A stretch of 64,000 nt of DNA from a bacterium (lineage in GTDB: Bacteria; Hinthialibacterota; Hinthialibacteria; OLB16), in assembly GCA_022072055.1 (NCBI GenBank), contig JAJVIK010000025.1, positions 7,766 to 71,765 on the forward strand, in the 5' to 3' direction. The notes below the pieces were generated by a model that saw only the letters and a list, made by a program, of their open reading frames with translations, searched no databases and was not told the origin of the DNA. Of the stretch, positions 25,803 to 35,273 are shown in pieces. The translations under genes were made by a program, and so were the position numbers. Within the stretch, counting starts at the first letter, position 1. Each line of letters opens with the position of its first letter.

Positions 25803-27368
25803 TTACTCGCCTTGGCCTGGATTCCCCGACGGAGCAGACCCAGGATCTTCCGGCTTTGGAGTGGTAGAAATACCCAGAACAGGACCGGGCTGCGGGATTG
25901 AGGTGTGGTTCTTTTGCCGCATGGAGCGAAGATGGACCTTCCAGAGCTCCACCCCAAGGTCTCCCACAAAGACCTCCACCCGGAAGGTCTGTCTGATTTG
26001 CTCCAAAGGCTCCCCTGCGTCTCCCACCAGGCTAGCCAAGGCGCGTGGCTCGACCCAGAGCGCCGGGTGGTCTGTTGCCAAACGCTCCAGGTTCGCTGTC
26101 CACCGGGTTGAGTCGGTCTCAAACGGATTCCGGGTGGGCTTCGGGAAGTCCAGCGAGGGTTGCAGGGCTTTCAGGTATTCGAGAATCGGATCCAGGCGAA
26201 ACAGGATGATCGGTTGCCCCGGGCCGACACGTTCGAGCACCAGACGGGCGAGCGCGGCTTCGCTCTGGGCAAATCCCTGCCAGGCGCGAACGGATTCCAG
26301 CCCCGTGAAGTAGGAGTGATATGCCAGAACTCCAACCAGCAGAGTCGGAAGCAGGAGGCGTTCGGTCCGGCTGACAAACACGTTCCCTAGAACACTCAAC
26401 CCCTCCAGGCCATAGAGCGCCAACCCCGGCAGCGCGAGAGAGGTCCAAACCGGATCGGCGATTCCGAACACAACGAGAGGAATCACCGGCCAGCTCAGTG
26501 TCATGGCCCATCTGGTCCCTCCGTGGGGCCGAGCGATCCTCTCGCCCAGGATCCCGACCAGGACGAGCACACAGGCAAACCGTCCCCAGCCGTGGGTGAA
26601 GGTCTCGAAGATTTGCGGAAGCTTGGAGGGGGCCAGAGTCTCCAAACGGAGGCCAAGGTCACGGGGGACTCCGGAATCTCCTCCGAACGCCCACGCTATC
26701 CCCGGAGCCGCGCCGAGGAGGAGTCCCGCCCAGAAGCCCGAATCCAGTCTCCGAGCCAAGTCCCGCGAAAAGGCCGCCCGCAGGGGGAGCGAGGCCACAA
26801 ACAACCATGCCCACGGAGCTGCGAAAGCGGAAACTCCCAGGAGAAGCCCCCCTCCGGTGATCTCCGCCCCGCCGGTTTTGGACCACGGTCTTCCCAGCAC
26901 TAGGGCAAATCCCCAAACCAAGGGTCCCAGCGCCAGACCCTGCGGGGCAAGCGCGATGCCGGCGTGACGCGGTGGGAGCAGGGAAAGGACAAGAAGCGCG
27001 GTCCAAAAACCCTTGGCCCACCCCAACCCTCGACCGATCCAAACCACCATGCCGACCAGCGCGGCGGTCACCGAGGTCCGCCGAAGGACCTGGAGAATGG
27101 CGTAAGGGCTTTCCGGAAACAGACGGGCCGCGATGGGGTCAAGAAACTCCGCAATCCAGGAGTCCCGGGGCGCGAGAACTTCTCCGCCGGCCGCGAGAGC
27201 GGCGCGCAACTGGTCATCCGCTCCATGTGGGAACGGGAGCCATTGGTCCGAGAGTAGGACCCATGCGAGCAGGGCGTATCCAAGAACGAGCCACGGACCG
27301 AGCCCCCAGTCCTTGACCATGGGGCGATTCGTTCCGGTGCGCTCTCGCTCCTCCAGGGACGATTGCAT
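25803..27368 (-). CDS. Polytopic membrane protein, GT-C fold-like glycosyltransferase candidate
   Basis: About 11 TMs with an acidic first loop (GADDQ) and a soluble C-terminal domain. Alternative start at 27320. Confidence 0.5.
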   Translation of the reverse strand: MQSSLEERERTGTNRPMVKDWGLGPWLVLGYALLAWVLLSDQWLPFPHGADDQLRAALAAGGEVLAPRDSWIAEFLDPIAARLFPESPYAILQVLRRTSVTAALVGMVVWIGRGLGWAKGFWTALLVLSLLPPRHAGIALAPQGLALGPLVWGFALVLGRPWSKTGGAEITGGGLLLGVSAFAAPWAWLFVASLPLRAAFSRDLARRLDSGFWAGLLLGAAPGIAWAFGGDSGVPRDLGLRLETLAPSKLPQIFETFTHGWGRFACVLVLVGILGERIARPHGGTRWAMTLSWPVIPLVVFGIADPVWTSLALPGLALYGLEGLSVLGNVFVSRTERLLLPTLLVGVLAYHSYFTGLESVRAWQGFAQSEAALARLVLERVGPGQPIILFRLDPILEYLKALQPSLDFPKPTRNPFETDSTRWTANLERLATDHPALWVEPRALASLVGDAGEPLEQIRQTFRVEVFVGDLGVELWKVHLRSMRQKNHTSIPQPGPVLGISTTPKPEDPGSAPSGNPGQGE

Positions 27369-27376
27369 GGGTCTTC

Positions 27377-29002
27377 TCAGCGTGATTCCCGTCGGTGGAG
27401 ATCAAGGATCTCCTCGGCGGACAGGGCGCGTGGGTAAACCCGAATGTCACGCATCTTTCCGTGGAAGAAGTCATGAGATCCCCTTCCGATGGAAAAGGGG
27501 GCGCTGTTGGCGAGGTCCACCCGTTCCGGCCGGGCGGCTTCCCGCTCGGAAGCCGGCTTCCCATTCACGAACAGGCGCGCCCGGTTCCCATCGCGGACCG
27601 CGACCACATGGCATGGGCCGGAACCGATATCGTAGTCATACCCGGCGCAGACCCCCGCGGACAGGGAATGAACATGGCCTGATGGTAGGACACCGCAGAA
27701 CAGACTCCCGTCATAAACCGCCATCGACCAAGCGCGACGGTATTTCACATCCTGGGTCCAATCCAGCCGTCCGGTCGGAGTCCATTTCGTTCCGCCATCG
27801 AATCGGTAGACCTCCGCGAGCGGAAGACTGCCCGCATAGAGCTTGCCGTTGTAGACCGCCATGCCCATGGTCTCGAGCTCCTCCCCCAATCGTCCCGCGT
27901 GCCACCAGGTCCTCTCGCCTCCGTAACGGAAGACTCCCGCTTCCGGCCAGGTTCCCGCGAAGAGCTCGCCGCCGTACACGGCGAAGGAGTACACCTGATC
28001 CACTCCCGCCTGTCCCCCCGCGAAACTCCATTCCGACGGTTCCCGGAAGGTGTGGACCGCCCCTTGCTTGTTCCCCTCATTTCCGGCCAGAAAGAACTCC
28101 CCGTTGAAAACCCCCATCGACATCAAACGTCTCCCAGGGCTGCCCACAAGCGTCCAAGTTTTCTCACCATCGAATCGGTAAAGCCCCTGGTGGTAAATCG
28201 GGATGGCGTAAAGCCGGCCCGCGAAGGCGCCCATGCAATAGACCGTGTCGGCTTCCCCCAGGCCTCCGCAATCACTCCACTGCTTGCCGCCTTCATACCG
28301 GAACACATGGCCACCCGGCGTTTGGTTGGGGGAATCCGGAAGGGCCGAACCGCCCGCGCGGTATCTCCCGGTTCCGGCATGGAGGCGCCCCTGATAGACC
28401 GCCAGCGAAAGAACCGAATTGCTACCATCGGGGTTCCCGCAATCCTCCCAATCGCCCCCCCCGAGGAAGCGGTACACCTTGCCGCGCCCCTCGGGCCCCG
28501 GTTCATAGGTCCCGGCGAAGAGGCTCCCCTGGAAGACGGTCAAAGCGGCCACCCAGGCGGCGTTTCCAGGGCGACCCCGGTCGGTCCAGATCGGTTCGGA
28601 GCCCCAGTCGATTCCGAATAGGACATTTCCCCAATTGGACTGGGAGGAGGTGACCCCGGCGAAATTCTCGACGAGCAGGTTGAATCCGCGCCGAGCGGTC
28701 GGATCGAACCCCCCCAGGATGTCCCCGGGAACATCATCGCCCCGGTCGTCCAATTGAATCCAGGCCGAGAGGGTGAAGTCTTGCGTACCCATCGGGATCG
28801 AACCGGGGGCGACTTCCACAAAGGCTCGCCGTCCATCAAAGACCGCCCAGCCCTCCTCGAAGGCGACCCCTCGATTGGCCCCGTGACGCTGGTTTCCCGA
28901 CACATCCAGGCAGTCCTGGTGGAGCGGCCAGTGGGCGATGGGGTCCGCGCCGGGGTCGGCGGCGAGCGCGAGGGCAAGCGAACACAGAAGGTGGGTCATC
29001 AT
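27377..29002 (-). CDS. Secreted LamG-like jellyroll protein interrupted by a beta-propeller
   Basis: LamG N-half (AHWPL..DVSG...FDG..FTLSAWI); six or seven repeats of S(L/M)AVY.G.L(F/Y)AG; LamG C-half (HVVAVRDG..RLFVNG...FHGKMRDIRVYPRALS). Confidence 0.8.
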   Translation of the reverse strand: MMTHLLCSLALALAADPGADPIAHWPLHQDCLDVSGNQRHGANRGVAFEEGWAVFDGRRAFVEVAPGSIPMGTQDFTLSAWIQLDDRGDDVPGDILGGFDPTARRGFNLLVENFAGVTSSQSNWGNVLFGIDWGSEPIWTDRGRPGNAAWVAALTVFQGSLFAGTYEPGPEGRGKVYRFLGGGDWEDCGNPDGSNSVLSLAVYQGRLHAGTGRYRAGGSALPDSPNQTPGGHVFRYEGGKQWSDCGGLGEADTVYCMGAFAGRLYAIPIYHQGLYRFDGEKTWTLVGSPGRRLMSMGVFNGEFFLAGNEGNKQGAVHTFREPSEWSFAGGQAGVDQVYSFAVYGGELFAGTWPEAGVFRYGGERTWWHAGRLGEELETMGMAVYNGKLYAGSLPLAEVYRFDGGTKWTPTGRLDWTQDVKYRRAWSMAVYDGSLFCGVLPSGHVHSLSAGVCAGYDYDIGSGPCHVVAVRDGNRARLFVNGKPASEREAARPERVDLANSAPFSIGRGSHDFFHGKMRDIRVYPRALSAEEILDLHRRESR

Positions 29003-29251
29003 GGTCCCGGCTCCTGATCTTGGTCTTGGAACAGAAACATAGCACAAGGAAGCGGCGGTCTGGGATAAGTCGCCCTTTGAGGCCACCGAGCCTGGCCATC
29101 CCATGCGTCGCGGGTTGGTTGCGTCGCGGGACGGATAAATGTCCCCACATCCCCGCACGCATCAGAAACTACCTGTCCATCTCCCCCATTTCTGCTATAC
29201 TTCTCCTTGAACTCGCCGCCCCCGACACTTCTGATGCCCGGAGGCTGTCCG

Positions 29252-31195
29252 ATGCCCAATCCCACGCGCTTCTTTCTGGTCGTCACCCTGCTTGCTGTTC
29301 CAGGTCCCCTCCCCGCTGGGATTCTCCGTGTCTCCCCCGATGGGAATGGAACAGATCCCGCCACGTGGGAGGGAGCTCACGCGACCATCACGGCGGCGAT
29401 TGACTCCGCTCAAGCTGGTGACCAGATTTGGGTGCGACAGGGGCGGTACAATGAATCCCTGACACTGAAGTCAGGGATTGCCCTATACGGTGGATTCGAG
29501 GGAGATGAGTCTAATTCGGAGTTCGGGCAGAGGGACTGGGAAGCAAATGAGACCATCCTTGATGGAACTGGGCTTAGCAAGAGTCTCATATACGTAGCCA
29601 ATCTTTCCTTCGCAACAGTCGATGGTGTGACAGCCACGAACGTGGACTTTTTTCACAACCATCCTACCCTCCCGAACCAGTTTGGTGGAGCATTCTCAAT
29701 CAAGGAATCTAATAACATTCTAATTCGTAATTGCTACATTTCCAACAACCATGTAATATTCACGGATTCCGAGAGTGGCGGTGGGATTGCCTGTAGGAAT
29801 TCCGATCTACAATTGTTTTCAACTGTTCTCACGGGAAATAGGGCCTATGGGAATGGCAGTGGATTGTTTCTCGATAGCTCATCTGCAGAAATAAGAAATT
29901 GTACATTTAACGCGAATTTAGAGAGTGTGGCAGGCTCCCTCTTTGTGAAAGGACGGTCTGGATCGATTACCGTCGATTCGTGCTGCTTCAACGCTAATCG
30001 GTCCTCCGATGGTCCGGGCATATCCATCGTGGCTGATCCTTTATCACCACTTATTGTTAATTGCACTAAATGTTGCTTTGTTAATAACCGCTCCCTGGCC
30101 ACGGCCTTTGCGACTGGAGGTGCTGTTGCTATAACCAGCGGAAGGTTAGCACTGCAGAATTGTTTCTTTGTCGGGAATGGCTTTGAGGTTTTCCAAGCCG
30201 GATCCGGTGGCGCGGTGTACGTGAGCATTACCGACGACGTCCTGATTGAGGACTGCACCTTCACCGAGAACTTCGCCAATTTTGGTGGCGCGGTGTACTT
30301 CTATGGTTCCGAGGGGGTCATCCGGCGGTGTCTCTTTGAAGGAAACCACGCCAGGAAGGGTGGGGCTGGATATTTCGTTGCGGAAGGTATCGTGGAGGAT
30401 TCCCTGTTCATGCGGAACATGTCTGATGTCGCCGGAGGCGCCGTTCAGCTTGACATCTTTGGCATCGGGTCCAGCTTTTCGATGGAACGCTGCCAGTTAA
30501 TTGCGAACCACTCCAATGGAGATGGCGGTGCGTTTGAATGTGATATTCCTGGCGCGACAGTTTCAAATTGTTTGATTGCCTCCAACACGGCTGAGGGGTT
30601 TGGCGGAGGAATTCTGCAGGAAGATGGGGATGACACGCGCTTCGTCAACTGCACGATTGTGGATAATCACTGCGCTGAGGAGGGCGGAGGCGTCTATCGG
30701 ATTGAGGATCAACCATTTGATTTTGGGATCGACTGGAGCAACTGCATCCTATTCGCCAATGGGCCGGAGCAGATCGCTGGGGTGGGTCCGGACAACCTCC
30801 GCCTCACCTACTCCCTCGTGCAAGGCGGGTGGGCGGGAAAGGGGAATATCGACGCCGACCCGTTGTTTCAGGATGCGGGCGGGGGAGACTATCGACTGCA
30901 ACTCGCCTCCCCATGCATTGACACCGCGTCCGGGACCGGTCCCAGTGAGGACCTGCCGGGGAATCCACGCCCGGTGGACATCCCCGGCGTCGGGCATGAT
31001 GGGGAGGGGACCTTTGACATGGGGGCCTATGAGTTTCAGATCGCGGAGATGCCCACACCCACCCCGACGCTCACCGAAACTCCGATCCCGGCACCCACCC
31101 TGCATCCGGGGACGGACATCAATCGGAGCGGGAAGGTGGACGTGGAGGATTTGCTGCTGCTGATTCGGGATTGGCGGAAAGTGAGCGGGCCGTAG
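29252..31195 (+). CDS. Secreted right-handed parallel beta-helix protein (DUF1565/choice-of-anchor Q type) with a Pro/Thr linker and C-terminal dockerin-like motif
   Basis: ATG at 29252 after GGAGG; TITAAIDSAQAGDQIWVRQGRY; repeated F..N.A..GGA; NIDADPLF..DYRLQLASPCID, DMGAYE and DINRSGKVDVEDLLLLIRDW. Confidence 0.88.
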   Translation: MPNPTRFFLVVTLLAVPGPLPAGILRVSPDGNGTDPATWEGAHATITAAIDSAQAGDQIWVRQGRYNESLTLKSGIALYGGFEGDESNSEFGQRDWEANETILDGTGLSKSLIYVANLSFATVDGVTATNVDFFHNHPTLPNQFGGAFSIKESNNILIRNCYISNNHVIFTDSESGGGIACRNSDLQLFSTVLTGNRAYGNGSGLFLDSSSAEIRNCTFNANLESVAGSLFVKGRSGSITVDSCCFNANRSSDGPGISIVADPLSPLIVNCTKCCFVNNRSLATAFATGGAVAITSGRLALQNCFFVGNGFEVFQAGSGGAVYVSITDDVLIEDCTFTENFANFGGAVYFYGSEGVIRRCLFEGNHARKGGAGYFVAEGIVEDSLFMRNMSDVAGGAVQLDIFGIGSSFSMERCQLIANHSNGDGGAFECDIPGATVSNCLIASNTAEGFGGGILQEDGDDTRFVNCTIVDNHCAEEGGGVYRIEDQPFDFGIDWSNCILFANGPEQIAGVGPDNLRLTYSLVQGGWAGKGNIDADPLFQDAGGGDYRLQLASPCIDTASGTGPSEDLPGNPRPVDIPGVGHDGEGTFDMGAYEFQIAEMPTPTPTLTETPIPAPTLHPGTDINRSGKVDVEDLLLLIRDWRKVSGP

Positions 31196-31596
31196 CGAGA
31201 GGACCCTCACCCCGGCCCTCTTACGCGAGCGGGAGAGGGAGAAGTGTCCGAGCCGCGCGCGTGAGCAAGCGGGCGGGTCGTGACACGGAGTCGAGGCTTC
31301 AGCCTCACCGGTCGCGCCGCACACGGGGCTGAAGCCCCTACTCCGACAGGGACGACTTGCTCGCCCATGAGTTGCACTCCTGGGCGGGACCGCTCCCTCA
31401 CGGTCGCGGCTCGGTTACCTTGCTCGCCCATGAGTTGCGCTCATGGGCGGGACCGCTCCCTCACGGTCGCGGCTCGGAGGCGCGCGCGGGAACGGGGATG
31501 TAGGACAAGCATCTTGCCTGTCAGTCCGTGTGGCCCAAGGTGTAGGCTGGGACTCACCCCAGCGCCCCGCGGGCCAAGGTGGGGGAACCCCCACCC
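31192..31596. repeat. Composite array of at least six REP-like hairpin classes (BIME-like)
   Basis: CCCTCACCCCGGCCCTC..GGGAGAGGG; GAGCCGCG..GTGAG..AGCGG; GGCTTCAGCC..GGCTGAAGCC; two 59-bp direct repeats; GTAGGACAAGCATCTTGCCTGTC; GTAGGCTGGG..CCCAGC; GGTGGGGGAACCCCCACC. Confidence 0.8.
31356..31477 (+). repeat. Tandem 59-bp direct repeat, period 63 bp, two mismatches
   Basis: CTTGCTCGCCCATGAGTTGC(A/G)CTC(C/A)TGGGCGGGACCGCTCCCTCACGGTCGCGGCTCGG at 31356-31414 and 31419-31477. Confidence 0.9.
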
Positions 31597-31709
31597 GATA
31601 TCCTCGGGCGTTGTTCCAAGTCGAGAGAAGTCCGGCTAGAATGGTTTCCTTCCGGGTGATGCGGGGCTGACTCGGAGAGACCCTTTTTCAGTATCTGAGG
31701 ACCGATTTC

Positions 31710-33284
31710 ATGGAGAACCAGACATTAGGTCTGAGCGGGCCGAATCCCGTCGCCGAGGAGCAGTTTCGCAAGGGATTTGAACTCGCCAAGCAGGGGGATG
31801 CGGATGGCGCCTGTCTGGCGATCGAGGCCGCCATCGCGATCTCCCCCGACGACAGCAGGTATCATGACCTTCTCGGGACCTTGTACGCCAAGCGCGGGGT
31901 TTACGAAATGGCGGTGGCGGAGTGGAAGCGGTCCATCGAATGCGACCCGGACCACGCGGAGGTTTTCAGGCGAATCGAGACCGCCGAGAAGATGCGCGCG
32001 CGGGCTCAGGTTGCGGGGAACCGCCTGAACTGGTTGGCCCTTTCCGTGCTCGCGGTCGCCGTGGTGGCGGGCGCCGCCGCGGCCACTTGGTTCCATCGTT
32101 CGGCGCGGAACGCGAAGGCCCAACTCGCGGATGCCCTCGAACAAGTCGCGAGCGCCCAGGAGGGGATGGTGGACATGGGAACGCACGAGGCGCTCCTTGC
32201 CGAAAAGGTCCAGGCGGCCTCCAAGGTGACCGAGCTTGCCGCGCGAGTGGGAGAGCTCACCAAGAAGGTCGAGGAATACCAGACAAGCAGCGTTCCCAAG
32301 TCGGAGCTGGATCGTGAAAAAGAGGTCCGCGCGAAGATTCAGAGCGAACTCGCGGCGGCGCGCAAGATTGTGGATGAAATGAAACCTCAGATCGAAGCGA
32401 TTCGAAGCGCTTCGGGAGCCCAGTCGCTTGCGCTGCAAGTCCGGCAGAAGGAAGAGACAATCCAATCCTTGGACAAGCAGTACAAGTCTCTCTACGACCA
32501 ACACAAGCAAACCGAGGCGGAGCATGCCAAGACTAAGGAGCAGCTCGCCTCCCTGCGGGCTCATGTCGCGGACTTGGAGGAGCAGTCGGCCAAGCTCCTA
32601 TCAGCGACTGACAGCACAAAACTCCGGGCCGAAAACCGGCAGCTCAAGGATCAACTGGCACAGGGCGGGGGCGCGCCGCCGGGCGGAGCCGGCGACCGGG
32701 AGGTTTCGTTGCTGTTGAACCCGGTCCTGGAGGCGGTCCGTTACACCCTGGAGGGGCGCAAGGCGGAGGCGGCGGCGAAGCTGAAAAGTGTCCAGGCCAA
32801 GGTCCCGGAAGGGGTCCCGATCGTGGAGACCATCGCGGCGCTTTCTGCTCCGATCGGCCCGACTCCAACACCCGCCGCGGCCGCGGTTGAGAAGGCCGTC
32901 GAAAAGCCCACGGAGAAAGCCACTCCCAAGCCGACGAAAGTCCCCTCCAAGGAGCCCACCAAGGCGCGCGCAAAACCCGAGCCGGAGCCGACCAAGAAGG
33001 CCAAGCCCACGGCCAGTCCCACTCCGGGACGCGCAGTCGCCAGCGCCCGTCAGGTTCGCCGCTTGGATGAAAAGGAGCCGACCGGGCGTGAAGTGGAGAA
33101 ATCGGACCCCAAGGCCGAGCTCTATGAGCGCAAGAAGCGCCTCCGCGACCAGGCGCTTGCCCTGTACAAGCAGCGCAAGTTCGGCGAGGCCGCGCGGGTC
33201 ATCGACCAAGCCTACCGGATTGATCCGAAGGACCCTGGGGTCCTGCAGCTGCGGGATGCGATCCGCAATGCGGGCTCAAACTGA
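31710..33284 (+). CDS. TPR-TM-coiled-coil-Pro/Lys linker-TPR protein
   Basis: N-terminal TPRs (YHDLLGTLYAKRG); TM LALSVLAVAVVAGAAAATWF; about 220 aa of heptads; KPTEKATPKPTK linker; final TPR ALALYKQRKFGEA. Confidence 0.75.
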   Translation: MENQTLGLSGPNPVAEEQFRKGFELAKQGDADGACLAIEAAIAISPDDSRYHDLLGTLYAKRGVYEMAVAEWKRSIECDPDHAEVFRRIETAEKMRARAQVAGNRLNWLALSVLAVAVVAGAAAATWFHRSARNAKAQLADALEQVASAQEGMVDMGTHEALLAEKVQAASKVTELAARVGELTKKVEEYQTSSVPKSELDREKEVRAKIQSELAAARKIVDEMKPQIEAIRSASGAQSLALQVRQKEETIQSLDKQYKSLYDQHKQTEAEHAKTKEQLASLRAHVADLEEQSAKLLSATDSTKLRAENRQLKDQLAQGGGAPPGGAGDREVSLLLNPVLEAVRYTLEGRKAEAAAKLKSVQAKVPEGVPIVETIAALSAPIGPTPTPAAAAVEKAVEKPTEKATPKPTKVPSKEPTKARAKPEPEPTKKAKPTASPTPGRAVASARQVRRLDEKEPTGREVEKSDPKAELYERKKRLRDQALALYKQRKFGEAARVIDQAYRIDPKDPGVLQLRDAIRNAGSN

Positions 33285-33289
33285 AGCGC

Positions 33290-34072
33290 ATGGACTCCGC
33301 GGCCCTCTCCGAGTTTTTGGACCGAGTCCGGGAGGGAACCCTGACCAAGGAGGAGGCTCTCGCAAGGCTGTCAAACCTTCCCTTCGAGGATATCGGATAT
33401 GCGCGGGTCGACCACCATCGCGTCCTCCGGAAGGGTTTTCCCGAGGTGATATTCGCGGCGGGTAAGACAGCCGAGCAGACCGCCACCATCTTCGAGCGTC
33501 TCGCGGGCCGGAGCGACCGGGTGCTGGCCACGCATGTCTCCGCGGAGACCGCCGAACGAACCCTCGCCGCTGTCGCCGAGGCGCAATACCACGCCACCGC
33601 CCGGTGCCTCGCGCTGGACCGCAAGCCGGATGAGCCGCGCACTGGGAATGTCCTTGTGATTTGCGCGGGAACCTCCGACCTGCCAGTGGCCGAGGAGGCG
33701 GCGATCACCGCTTATCTGATGGGGGCCCGGGTGAACCGGATCGTCGATGCCGGAGTGGCGGGGATTCACCGCCTGCTCGCCGAGGGGGAGATGCTGAAAG
33801 AGGCGCGGGTGGTGGTGGTCGTGGCGGGAATGGAGGGAGCGCTTCCGAGCGTGGTGGGAGGTCTGGTCGCCGCGCCGGTGATCGCGGTTCCCACCAGCGT
33901 GGGCTATGGCGCGAGTTTCGGGGGACTGGCGGCGCTGCTCGCGATGCTCAACAGCTGCGCATCGGGGGTTTCGGTGGTCAATATCGACAACGGATTCGGC
34001 GCGGGATATCAAGCGGCGCTGATCAACCGGCTGCCGGAGATTATGTCCGGCGCGGAGAAACGAGATGCCTAA
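33290..34072 (+). CDS. larB: Nickel-pincer cofactor biosynthesis protein LarB
   Basis: DHHRVLRKGFPEVIF, AGTSDLPVAEEA, VAGMEGALPSVVGGL, PTSVGYGASFGG and VVNIDNGFGA. Confidence 0.93.
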   Translation: MDSAALSEFLDRVREGTLTKEEALARLSNLPFEDIGYARVDHHRVLRKGFPEVIFAAGKTAEQTATIFERLAGRSDRVLATHVSAETAERTLAAVAEAQYHATARCLALDRKPDEPRTGNVLVICAGTSDLPVAEEAAITAYLMGARVNRIVDAGVAGIHRLLAEGEMLKEARVVVVVAGMEGALPSVVGGLVAAPVIAVPTSVGYGASFGGLAALLAMLNSCASGVSVVNIDNGFGAGYQAALINRLPEIMSGAEKRDA

Positions 34073-35273
34073 GGAATACTCTCCGTTCAGCCCTGGAGTG
34101 CCGGTTCCGATTGAGTTCTTCATCGGAAGGACGGAGGAAATCAAGCACGTGATCGGAGCCGCGCGGAAATCCGTTTCACGCAGCTCCATCGAGCGCTGTT
34201 TTGTCACCGGCGATCGGGGGATCGGAAAGAGTTCCCTGTGTCGCTTCGCCCTTACTCTCGCGGAGCGGGACCTCAACCTCCTGGGTCTTCATGTCTTCCT
34301 CGGCGGGGTCCACACCCTTGAGGAGATGATCCGACGAATCCTCGAACGACTGATCCGGGAAAGCCGAGACCGCCCCTGGTTTGAGACCGTCCGGCGCATC
34401 TTCGGAGACCATGTGAAAGAGGTTGGTTTGTTCGGAATCACCCTGGAGCTTGACTCCTCCGATAAGTTTCTCGCGCGGGCCGTGAGCGATTTTGTCCCCA
34501 CCCTCAAACATCTTCTTAAACAAATCCGGGGACAACGGGAGGGAATCATCCTGGTCCTGGATGATCTCAACGGCTTGGCGGGGACCGACCCATTCGCGAA
34601 CTGGCTCAAGAGCATGGTGGACGAAATCGCCACCAGTCGCGACCCGATCCCGCTGACCCTTGTCTTGGTCGGCCTGGCCGAGAGACGCACGGAATTGATT
34701 CGTCGACAGCCTTCGTTGAACCGTGTCTTCGACCTGATTCTGATCGACAAGTTCTCAGCTCAAGAGGCCTCGGAGTTCTTCATTCAATTCTTCGCCGCGG
34801 TTGGCGTTCCAGTCGAGCGGGAAGCGCTCGCCCTCATGACCCGATATTCGGGTGGATATCCGGTGCTCATGCACGAGATCGGCGATTCCGTATTCCAGGT
34901 GGATGAGGACGATCATATCGATGAGAAAGACGCCTTCTCGGGGATTGTGCGCGCCGCTGAAGTCGTTGGCGCCAAGTACATCGAGCCGGGGATCACGAGC
35001 GCGGTGCGGAGCGAAAAATACAAATCGATTTTGAAGAAGATCGCTCGGACACCCTTCGGTCACCGGTTTCTCAGAAAGGAAGTGGTTTCAGGCCTCACGG
35101 AGGACGAGGCCAGGGTCTTCGACAACTTTTTGCGCCGGATGGAACGGCTCGGAGTTGTAGGCAAGGATCTCGAACGTGGGCCGGGGATCTACATTTTCAC
35201 GCGCGAAATCTACTACCTCTTTTTCTGGTTGCAGGCCCTCAGGGAGCTTCGGATCGAATCGAAAAGCGCCTGA
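34065..35273 (+). CDS. P-loop ATP-binding protein (AAA_16/STAND-like) with a C-terminal helical/wHTH region
   Basis: SPF.PG.P....FIGR, Walker A GDRGIGKS, Walker B LVLDDLN and SGGYP.LMH. Confidence 0.8.
   Translation: MPKEYSPFSPGVPVPIEFFIGRTEEIKHVIGAARKSVSRSSIERCFVTGDRGIGKSSLCRFALTLAERDLNLLGLHVFLGGVHTLEEMIRRILERLIRESRDRPWFETVRRIFGDHVKEVGLFGITLELDSSDKFLARAVSDFVPTLKHLLKQIRGQREGIILVLDDLNGLAGTDPFANWLKSMVDEIATSRDPIPLTLVLVGLAERRTELIRRQPSLNRVFDLILIDKFSAQEASEFFIQFFAAVGVPVEREALALMTRYSGGYPVLMHEIGDSVFQVDEDDHIDEKDAFSGIVRAAEVVGAKYIEPGITSAVRSEKYKSILKKIARTPFGHRFLRKEVVSGLTEDEARVFDNFLRRMERLGVVGKDLERGPGIYIFTREIYYLFFWLQALRELRIESKSA

Noticed and set aside
29104-29130. Short TGCGTCGCGGG direct repeat in the divergent promoter region
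   Set aside because: Two 11-bp GC-rich copies could arise by chance, and no adjacent regulator supports an operator call.
31356-31477. 59-bp direct repeats as a CRISPR array
   Set aside because: Only two copies with a 4-bp gap, no unique spacers, a repeat too long for CRISPR, and no cas genes. The units recur inverted at 580-679 as REP-like modules.
31192-31596. Integron attC cassette array
   Set aside because: The hairpins lack RYYYAAC/GTTRRRY ends, do not separate cassette ORFs, and there is no intI.
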